This document shows positions 38,168-45,928 of a stretch of 64,000 nucleotides of DNA, one piece after another; the first letter of the stretch is position 1, and the number at the start of each line of letters is the position of its first letter. Below the pieces are notes generated by a model that searched no databases, had not been told where the DNA came from, and was given only the letters and a program-made list of their open reading frames with translations. The position numbers were made by a program, and so were the translations under genes. The stretch is from Gemmatimonadota bacterium (GTDB taxonomy: Bacteria; GCA-2686955): contig NYZA01000120.1 of assembly GCA_002686955.1 (NCBI GenBank), forward strand, positions 1,066-65,065, given 5' to 3'.

Positions 38168-38277
38168 GCCCACGAGAGTACCAGAGGCTACCTCGGGTGG
38201 CCAATGCAAGACGGCGAGTGCCACGTCCGAGTGGGCTCGATAGGGCCGCGAATTCCACGCCGAGCAGGATGTAAGAT

Positions 38278-39519
38278 ATGAAGTCCACGCTGCCGTCGAG
38301 CCGCTCTGGACTGGGACGAATCGCTTTCATCGATTTCGCGAGGGCGACCGCGATCGTGTTGGCGTTGTTGTCGCACACGCTGGCCGATTTCGGCGTGTGG
38401 AAGCTGATGGGAGCGGATCTTGCGCTCTTGCCTCATGCCTTCACGCGATCGGCCACGCCGACCTTCGTGCTGCTTTTCGGCATCATGCTGGAGCTCGTGT
38501 ACTTCCCTCGCATCGATAAGTGGGGGATGGAGGGCGTCGCGGAACGATTGCGCCGGCGTAGTTTCCAGTGCTACGCGGCCTATCTCGCCACGGTAGCGGC
38601 CTGTGCGGTGGGCGGAACCCGTCAGCCGGTTCAGGCACTCATGGCCGCCTTTCTAGTGCGAGATGGTTACCTCGGCAACATACTGAAGTTCTATACCGTG
38701 GCCCTTTTGATGGCCATCCCCTTGGTGCGCTTCCGCCACAAGAAGGGGATGACCTGGACGATGCTGCTGGCGGTGGGGATCTGGGCACTGGCCCCCGTCC
38801 TGGAGTGGTTGCCTTGGAAGGGACTGGGAATGCGGACCGATCCGCTGGCGGTGCGCTGCCTGGCCTCATTTTTCTTCGGCGTGGGAAGCGCGACTGGCCC
38901 GAGTGTTTTGAACGGGTTGACTCTGGTCATCCTGGGGATGGGTTTGGGAAACGTGCTTCGCAGGCACAGGCGCGGGGATCTGGCCAGTTTCTATGGGGTT
39001 TGCGTTCTCGTGGCGCTCTTCTGTGGGGCGATCGTGACCTACCTGATCGCGGGGTCCTCGGTGCTCGATGTGGCGCACAACTACGTCAATATTAAGGGGT
39101 ACCGGAACAGCAACCATCCTGGCTACTACGCGATCGGAGCGATTTCGGCGATGGTCATTCTCGTGGCCTCCTCGCTTCTGTCTCCGATAGCCCGGAAGGT
39201 CCCATATCCACTGAGCGCACCCAGGTGCCTGGGTCAATCCTCGCTCTTGGCGTTCACCATGGGCAACATCATCCTCAATCTGAGGCCCCATTCGTGGAAG
39301 CCTTCCGGGGTTGGGGAGGGACTTCTCGCCTCCGCCTGCGTTCTCTTTGCGGTCACGGTCATCGTCCACATTCGACTGCAGGTCACCGCCTGGCTACACA
39401 CGAGGCGCACCGTGCCCGTGGTCGAGCCCCCCGTCGCTCCGGCGGACGCAGCTATTCCCATGCTCGCCGAAGTATCCGTCGCGGATGTGGAGGCGCGGCC
39501 CGTTGGGCCCGCGGTCTGA
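38278..39519 (+). CDS. OpgC-like membrane acyltransferase
   Basis: RIAFIDFARA...SH, FVLLFG, NILKFY, GQSSLLAF; about 10 TM segments. Confidence 0.7.
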   Translation: MKSTLPSSRSGLGRIAFIDFARATAIVLALLSHTLADFGVWKLMGADLALLPHAFTRSATPTFVLLFGIMLELVYFPRIDKWGMEGVAERLRRRSFQCYAAYLATVAACAVGGTRQPVQALMAAFLVRDGYLGNILKFYTVALLMAIPLVRFRHKKGMTWTMLLAVGIWALAPVLEWLPWKGLGMRTDPLAVRCLASFFFGVGSATGPSVLNGLTLVILGMGLGNVLRRHRRGDLASFYGVCVLVALFCGAIVTYLIAGSSVLDVAHNYVNIKGYRNSNHPGYYAIGAISAMVILVASSLLSPIARKVPYPLSAPRCLGQSSLLAFTMGNIILNLRPHSWKPSGVGEGLLASACVLFAVTVIVHIRLQVTAWLHTRRTVPVVEPPVAPADAAIPMLAEVSVADVEARPVGPAV

Positions 39520-39570
39520 AGGTCGTTTCCGGCCGATCGCCAGACCCTGAAGGCCTCGAAGTAGCGCTGG

Positions 39571-42500
39571 TCAGGTCCGTTTCACAGAGACTTCGAGGGT
39601 CTTCCCATCGATATCGAAGGCGGAGGGGGCGTCCAGGGGTGCATCGAGCCATCGCTCCACCAGCGCCTCTCCGGCTATGTAGTCATCGAAGCGCTCGGCC
39701 GCCCGCAGCAACGCGGGATCACCCCCGAGATGAACCGCGATCCGTTCGACGTACCCAAGATCCAGCTCTTTGCGGAGATTCTGCATCCGATTCACGATCT
39801 CCCTAGCCAGCCCTTCCTCGCGCAAATCGTCATCGAGATCGGTGTGCAATGCCACGACGGCGACCGCCGACCCGGCGGCTTGAAAATGCTCCCGCGCCTG
39901 GACCTCTACGAGCACGTCATCGGGGCCCAGGTTGACCGCGGAGCCATCCGGCAGCTGCAGCTCCAGCCCTCCACGGAGGGTTTTCGCCCGCACTTCCGAC
40001 GCGGGCATCGCCGCCAGCGCCGCCGCGCATGCCTTCACGCCACCGCCCAGCCGGCTGCCCAACGATTTGTAGTTCGGCTTGACTCGAAACTCCACGAAAC
40101 GATCAGCATCGGAGGCGAAGTGAACTCGGCGTACATTCAGCTCTTCGGTGATCAAGCCCAGCATCGGCTCGAGTGAGGGCGCACGATCCCCGTCGGCCAG
40201 GACGACTTCGATCGCCGACAGCGGTTGACGCACCCGCACACCGACCTTCTTACGCGCAGCCAAGGCAAGGCTGGTGATGTCGCGAACGAGTGCCATGTCC
40301 TGCGCCAGTGTCTCGTCGAGCAAGGCGCGATTCGGCTCGGGATAGGGCGTGTGGTGCACGGACTCGGGCGAATCGGGCTTCGGTCCTCTCACTAGATCGA
40401 GATAGAGCGCCTCCGCCAGGAAGGGCACGAATGGGGCGACGATCGCGGCGAGATCGGTCAGCACTTCGTAAAGGGTCCACAGCGCATCGTCGGACTCCTT
40501 CCCCTCGGTCCAGAAGCGGCGTCTCGAACGCCGTACATACCAATTCGCCAACCCCTCGACGAAGCGTTGGATGTCCCGTGCCGCCTCGTAGAGTAGGAAA
40601 GCGTCCATTCGCTCCACTACGCGTTCGTTGAGCGCGGCGAGCTCGTGGTGAATCCAGCGATCGAGTAGCGATCTCTCGGCCACGGCTCGAGGTGGAGCTT
40701 TCGTAGGATCGAAGCCGGCAATGTCGGCGTAGATGCAGAAGAAGGTATGGACGTTTTTCAGCCTCATCAAGAACTCACGTTGCGCGTTGCGGACCGCTCG
40801 TAGCGACAATCGAGTTCCCGAGCCGGGCGGGTTCGCTGAGTAGAAGAGCCAGCGAAAAGCGTCCGCCCCTGGCGCATCGAAGGGCGCCTTGAGAGTGACA
40901 GTGTCGCTCAGCCCAAGGTCCTTGATATCGTCGGGATGCAGGTGAACAGTGTCTTTCGTGGTAACTTCAGCCTGGACGACCTCGAGTGGACGTTCCGAGA
41001 CGCCGTTCCTTCCGAGCGCGGTCATCCGCTCCTTCGAACCCAAGCTCAGCGACTTCACCTGCGCCTGCATGAATCCGACTTGCCCCGGTGCGAGCTTCTC
41101 ATCGGCAGCGACATTGAGGCGTGTGCGACCAAGCATCACCAAATCGGGACTGGTGTAGTTGCCCTTCGACTTCGATTCCTTTTTGCCGTCGGTGTCGGTG
41201 ATATGCCCCAGCACGATGCAGGTCCTATAGGGGCGCGGGAAGCCGGGGGTCTCCAGTCCGAACTCCGAGCAGGTCTCTTCATCGAAGAGAAGCGTGGAGA
41301 TCATTAGAAGGGAGTAGAACCATCCGCGTGTTTGGTCAACCGCCTCAGCTATGAAATCCGCGGGGAAGTTCGCCGCGAACGGCTCTTTTCCTTTATGGGG
41401 AAATCCCCATTGCGCGAAAGGCATGCAGCCGGCATCGAACCAACAGTCGATGACCTCGGGCACGCGCGACATCTCTCCGCCGCAAGATCGGCAGGGCAGT
41501 TTCACGCCATCGATCCAGGGCCTATGCAGCTGCAGATGCTTATCCACGGCCGAATCGAAGGCATCAGGATTCAGAGCCAGGATCTCCGCGGCGGAGGCCG
41601 GAGCGGTGCTTTCGCCGCATGCCCCGCATACCCAGATATTCAGTGGCGTTCCCCAGAACCTCTCCCGCGACAATGCCCAATCAACGTTGTTTCGAAGGAA
41701 GTCCCCGAATCGACCGTCTCTGATGTGTTCGGGGATCCAATTAACCGCGGCGTTGTTCTCGAGCGCCTCGCGATTGAGAGCTGTGGTGCGCACGAACCAA
41801 GCCGGCCGAGCGTACTGTATCAGCGGATCGTCCTCGGCTCTCCAGCAGAAGGGGTAGTCGTGACGCATGGTCTCTCGTTTGAAGAGCAGTCCCCGATTCT
41901 TTAGGTCGCGAATGATGTCTTTGTCGGTGTCCTTGCAGAAGCGTCCCTCGAGAAAGCCGGTTCCTTCGACGAAGTTCCCGTTGGGTGCGACGAGCTGGAG
42001 CATGCCCATGCCTTGCTCTTTTGCGATTCTGAAATCGTCTTCACCGAAAGCGGGGGCAGTGTGGACAAGGCCGGTGCCTGCATCGAGCGTCACATGCATG
42101 CCCGCAATCACCTTCCATTTGTCTCCACCAGTCGGCTCGGCGAACTCGTAGAGCGGTTCATAGCGCAATCCCGTCAGTTCCGCGCCAAGCACTGTCTTTT
42201 CGACTTTGCCCTCAACTTGATCTTGTCGTTCAGAAGCGACGATCAGCAAGTCGTCACCACAGCGGACGTAGGCGTATTCAAGCTCTGGATGAACCGATAT
42301 CGCCACGTTCGACGGCAGCGTCCAAGGTGTCGTAGTCCACGTCAAAAGGTAAGTGTTTGGTTCATCAGTGACACGAAAGCGAACCGTGATCGATGGATCG
42401 TCGACTTCTCGGTAGCCCTGGCCGACCTCACCCGCGGAGAGCGTCGTTCCGCCCTGGGGCCACCACCAGACCACTTTGTGCCCTCGATACAGCAGCCCCT

Positions 42501-42996
42501 TTTCGAATAGACGGGACAGCGCCCACCATACACTTTCGACGTACTCTCGATGGTAGGTGACGTACGCTTTGTCAAGGTCGACCCAGAAGCCGGAGCGCTC
42601 CGTGAGTTGCTCCCAGTCGCGTGTGTAGGAAAAGACCGATTCGATGCATTTTCGCGCGAAAGCCTCGATTCCATACGCTTCGATCGCTTCGCGCCCATGG
42701 ATTCCCAGCGTCTTTTCGACTTCTACTTCGACCGGTAGGCCGTGTGTATCCCAACCGGCCTTGCGGTCGACATGGTAGCCGCGCATCGTCTTGTATCGGG
42801 GAAAGAGATCCTTGATGACACGGGTGAGTACGTGCCCGTTGTGAGGTGTGCCGTTCGCGGTCGGTGGGCCTTCATAGAAGACGAAGGAGGGGCGCCCTTT
42901 GGTTAGTTCGAGACACTTGTGGAATATGTCGTGTGTTTTCCAGTAGTCCAGGACTTCCGACTCAAGTGCATGAGGAGGTTTCAGCTCACGGAACAT
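39571..42996 (-). CDS. ileS: Isoleucine--tRNA ligase (type 2-like)
   Basis: YEGPPTANG.PHNGH, GWDTHGLPVE, WTTTPWTLPSN, GTGLVHTAPAFGEDD, DWALSRERFWGTP, EAVDQTRGWFY, KESKS, EEGLAREIV tail. Confidence 0.96.
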   Translation of the reverse strand: MFRELKPPHALESEVLDYWKTHDIFHKCLELTKGRPSFVFYEGPPTANGTPHNGHVLTRVIKDLFPRYKTMRGYHVDRKAGWDTHGLPVEVEVEKTLGIHGREAIEAYGIEAFARKCIESVFSYTRDWEQLTERSGFWVDLDKAYVTYHREYVESVWWALSRLFEKGLLYRGHKVVWWWPQGGTTLSAGEVGQGYREVDDPSITVRFRVTDEPNTYLLTWTTTPWTLPSNVAISVHPELEYAYVRCGDDLLIVASERQDQVEGKVEKTVLGAELTGLRYEPLYEFAEPTGGDKWKVIAGMHVTLDAGTGLVHTAPAFGEDDFRIAKEQGMGMLQLVAPNGNFVEGTGFLEGRFCKDTDKDIIRDLKNRGLLFKRETMRHDYPFCWRAEDDPLIQYARPAWFVRTTALNREALENNAAVNWIPEHIRDGRFGDFLRNNVDWALSRERFWGTPLNIWVCGACGESTAPASAAEILALNPDAFDSAVDKHLQLHRPWIDGVKLPCRSCGGEMSRVPEVIDCWFDAGCMPFAQWGFPHKGKEPFAANFPADFIAEAVDQTRGWFYSLLMISTLLFDEETCSEFGLETPGFPRPYRTCIVLGHITDTDGKKESKSKGNYTSPDLVMLGRTRLNVAADEKLAPGQVGFMQAQVKSLSLGSKERMTALGRNGVSERPLEVVQAEVTTKDTVHLHPDDIKDLGLSDTVTLKAPFDAPGADAFRWLFYSANPPGSGTRLSLRAVRNAQREFLMRLKNVHTFFCIYADIAGFDPTKAPPRAVAERSLLDRWIHHELAALNERVVERMDAFLLYEAARDIQRFVEGLANWYVRRSRRRFWTEGKESDDALWTLYEVLTDLAAIVAPFVPFLAEALYLDLVRGPKPDSPESVHHTPYPEPNRALLDETLAQDMALVRDITSLALAARKKVGVRVRQPLSAIEVVLADGDRAPSLEPMLGLITEELNVRRVHFASDADRFVEFRVKPNYKSLGSRLGGGVKACAAALAAMPASEVRAKTLRGGLELQLPDGSAVNLGPDDVLVEVQAREHFQAAGSAVAVVALHTDLDDDLREEGLAREIVNRMQNLRKELDLGYVERIAVHLGGDPALLRAAERFDDYIAGEALVERWLDAPLDAPSAFDIDGKTLEVSVKRT

Positions 42997-43006
42997 GGTT
43001 GGCCCC

Positions 43007-44032
43007 TCAGTCCTCTTTGTTCAGATCCGGGTACTGCTCGGCATAGTAGCGTCGAAACTCCTCGGATTCTTCCTTGATGGCACGCCACCACGCCTCATTG
43101 GAACTGTACCACTCCACCGTTTGGGTGAGGCCTTCATTGAATGAATGAGCGGGTTTCCAGCCGAAAACTTCCCTGAACTTCGAGGAGTCGACCGAGTGGG
43201 CGACAACATGGCCGGGCCGGTCGGTGACCATATGGATCAGCTCTTTGCTCTTTCCGAGCAGTTTCAAGAGCGCGTCGGTAACATCGAGAATCGAGAGCTC
43301 GACGCCGCTGGATACATTGAAGACCTCACCGAGGTGACCGGTGTCGTGAAGCAATATATCGACCGCTTCACAATGATCTAGAACGTGAATCCAGTCTCTG
43401 GTGTTGCCACCCGATCCGTAGACTGGAACTGAACGGTCTTCCAGCAGATTGGTCGTGAAGAGGGGGATCAGCTTCTCGGGGTATTGGTAGGGGCCATAGT
43501 TGTTGGTGCAGCGGGTGATCACGACCGGCACCTCGAAAGTCTGATAGTAGGAGTAGGCCAATCGATCGGCTCCAGCCTTGGAGGCGGAGTAGGGAGATTT
43601 CGGATTGAGTGGAGAAGTCTCGAGTGAAGGGCCGTCGAGGGCGTCGCCATAAACTTCGTCCGTGGAGATGTGGACGAATCTCGTGCAGGCATGCTTGCGA
43701 GCGGCCTCGAGCAGTACGAATGTGCCGTTGACGTCGGTCGAGATGAAGCTCCCGGCCTCCATAATGGAGCGGTCGTTGTGGGTCTCGGCGGCGAAATGCA
43801 CGACCCATTCGTGCTCGGCCACGAGATGATCGACGAGCTCGACATCTTGGATGTCGCCGTGCACGAAATCGATGTTGCCCGCGGACTCGAGATCGGCGAG
43901 GTTCTCGCGCCTGCCGGCGTAGGTTAGAGCGTCGAGCACAGTAATCTTGTAGTCGGGATGTCGTTCGCAGAGCATGCGGGTGTAGTTGGATCCGATGAAG
44001 CCGGCTCCCCCGGTGATCAGGACGCTGCGCAT
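43007..44032 (-). CDS. rfbB: dTDP-glucose 4,6-dehydratase
   Basis: ITGGAGFIGSN, DALTYAG, HFAAETHNDRS, STDEVYG, YSASK, NNYGPYQYPEKLIP. Confidence 0.93.
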   Translation of the reverse strand: MRSVLITGGAGFIGSNYTRMLCERHPDYKITVLDALTYAGRRENLADLESAGNIDFVHGDIQDVELVDHLVAEHEWVVHFAAETHNDRSIMEAGSFISTDVNGTFVLLEAARKHACTRFVHISTDEVYGDALDGPSLETSPLNPKSPYSASKAGADRLAYSYYQTFEVPVVITRCTNNYGPYQYPEKLIPLFTTNLLEDRSVPVYGSGGNTRDWIHVLDHCEAVDILLHDTGHLGEVFNVSSGVELSILDVTDALLKLLGKSKELIHMVTDRPGHVVAHSVDSSKFREVFGWKPAHSFNEGLTQTVEWYSSNEAWWRAIKEESEEFRRYYAEQYPDLNKED

Positions 44033-44119
44033 GATGGACTCCACATGGGATTGCGATAAGTGATGGGAAAAAGATGCTATGAGGGCGGGGGTACGGCGGT
44101 CAAGGAAGAGGGCAGCCGG

Positions 44120-45073
44120 TCAAGTCACATCCAGCACCGCGGCCTCGAGCCCCCGCCCGCGCCGAACCTCCAGAACCGGCGCTCCGGCATCCAGCAAGAT
44201 GCGTAGCAGCGAAGGGATCGTGCCGATGTCGTTGGGATCGAAGCTGACCACGAGGGCATCCGCGCCCTCGGTCCAGTCGATCGCCCGAACGCTCCCGTGG
44301 TCGCCGATTCCTTGTCGAAGAGTCTCCACTTTCTCGCGATCGGTGCCCTGCGTCCAGCCGCCGGCGAGCACGAAGCGGACCTCGGCGTGAGATCTCGTGA
44401 GCACGGCCATGTCGCCTTCGTCAACCACCGCACCACCGCGCAGAATAGCGGCTCGGTCGCAGAGGGATTCCAGCTCGGCCAAGTTGTGACTCGAGACCAG
44501 TATCGTGGATCGGCCGCTGAGCGCGTCGATCGTTCGCCGTACGAGCGCGGCCGCTCTCGGGTCGAGGCCATCGGTCGGCTCGTCGAGAAGGACCAGCTCC
44601 GGCTCGCCCAGAAACGCCTGGGCGAGCCCCACTCGGCGCGCCTGGCCATGGCTCAGGGTCCCGATTCTGGCCCCTGCTTCATCTCTCATCCCGGTCTTTA
44701 GGAGTGCCTCGTGGGCAGCCTCTTTGGCGAGATCCGGCGTGAGGGCCAGGAGACGAGCACAGTCTACTAGAAAGCGCGACACACTCTCGTGCCCCGGCAG
44801 TCGTGCCCCTTGGGGGAGCACCCCGATGCGCCCGAGCAGATCCTTGCGGCGTTGCGGCAGCTGTCGGCCGAACACCCGCACGACCCCCGCTCCCGGGCGC
44901 AGGAACCCACTCAGGATGCCCAGGAGGGTTGTCTTGCCCGCTCCGTTCGGCCCGATGACGCCGTAGACCAAGCCCTCCGCGACCCTGAGATCGAGACCCG
45001 CGAGCGCACGCACGGCCCCGTAGCGTTTCTCTAGGGCGGTCGCCTCGACCGCCCAATCAACCCGCTCAGACAT
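44120..45073 (-). CDS. ABC transporter ATP-binding protein
   Basis: GPNGAGKTT, LSHGQ, LLDEPTDGLD, SSH; start refined to MSERVD. Confidence 0.92.
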   Translation of the reverse strand: MSERVDWAVEATALEKRYGAVRALAGLDLRVAEGLVYGVIGPNGAGKTTLLGILSGFLRPGAGVVRVFGRQLPQRRKDLLGRIGVLPQGARLPGHESVSRFLVDCARLLALTPDLAKEAAHEALLKTGMRDEAGARIGTLSHGQARRVGLAQAFLGEPELVLLDEPTDGLDPRAAALVRRTIDALSGRSTILVSSHNLAELESLCDRAAILRGGAVVDEGDMAVLTRSHAEVRFVLAGGWTQGTDREKVETLRQGIGDHGSVRAIDWTEGADALVVSFDPNDIGTIPSLLRILLDAGAPVLEVRRGRGLEAAVLDVT

Positions 45074-45914
45074 CGCGCCGCTCGAGTGCCACCGCGGCCG
45101 CCCCCAGCAGACCGAGCGCGAAAGCAGCATGGATCGCGGTTCCGCCCACGACCTGGTCGGGGATCAAGAGTCGGCGCCAATGCGCATATGGAGCCAGGAG
45201 CGAGAAGTCGAACGAGACGGCTTCGGGTCCGGCGATCCAGACAAGGAAACCGAAGACGAGTGAGAGCACGCCGAAGAGAAGGGCAGTTCCGGGGCTCGAA
45301 GCCACGGTCGAAATCAGGATCGCAGCGCCGACGAAGACTGATCCGAAGACAATACCGACAAACCAGTAACGGAAGATGTGTGGGAGTGTCGCGATCCACC
45401 CGGGCTCTACTTCCCGAATCGCACCAAGAGCCAGCATGGCCATGGCGCACGCCCCCGTGAGCATCGAGAGCAGAGCGATCTGGCCCAGGGCCTTCCCTGC
45501 GAGATAGCTGGTGCGCCCGCAACGCGTCAATGTGTAGCGGATCGACCCCGACCGCAAATCATCCGCGATCGAGTCGTACGCCATAAGGGTTGCGAGGAGC
45601 GGTAGCGACAAATAAGAGGTCACCAAGAAAAAGAGTGCTGTCGCCGGCACGCCGGCCATCGCCCCCGCGAGCTCTCCCCCGGCTCCTTGGCCGAGCAGGT
45701 CGAACAATGAAGGCGCTTCGTTCCCACTCCCGAATCCGAGGAACGAGACGGAGAGATGGAACGTATCCTGCGCTCCGCTCAGGATCTTGGCGAGTATGTT
45801 GCCCCAGAATAGATAGAAGCCCAGATAGAGCGCGGCCAGCACCAAGCCACGCTTGCCTCGCATGACGCGTTTCGATTCCGCCCGGCACACGATCAGGCAG
45901 TGAAGCGCGTTCAT
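45066..45914 (-). CDS. ABC-2 type transporter permease
   Basis: Six TM segments, DSIADDLRSGSIRYTLTR...YLAGK, terminal ERRDV. Confidence 0.88.
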   Translation of the reverse strand: MNALHCLIVCRAESKRVMRGKRGLVLAALYLGFYLFWGNILAKILSGAQDTFHLSVSFLGFGSGNEAPSLFDLLGQGAGGELAGAMAGVPATALFFLVTSYLSLPLLATLMAYDSIADDLRSGSIRYTLTRCGRTSYLAGKALGQIALLSMLTGACAMAMLALGAIREVEPGWIATLPHIFRYWFVGIVFGSVFVGAAILISTVASSPGTALLFGVLSLVFGFLVWIAGPEAVSFDFSLLAPYAHWRRLLIPDQVVGGTAIHAAFALGLLGAAAVALERRDV

Positions 45915-45928
45915 CTCGATCGCAACAC

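Noticed and set aside
38205-38223. TGGCAC...TTGCA sigma54-like sequence on the minus strand
   Set aside because: GG to GC spacing is 13, not the required 10.
40870-41157. Intein in ileS
   Set aside because: Too short and lacks the N-terminal C/S and C-terminal HN-C/S/T splice motifs.
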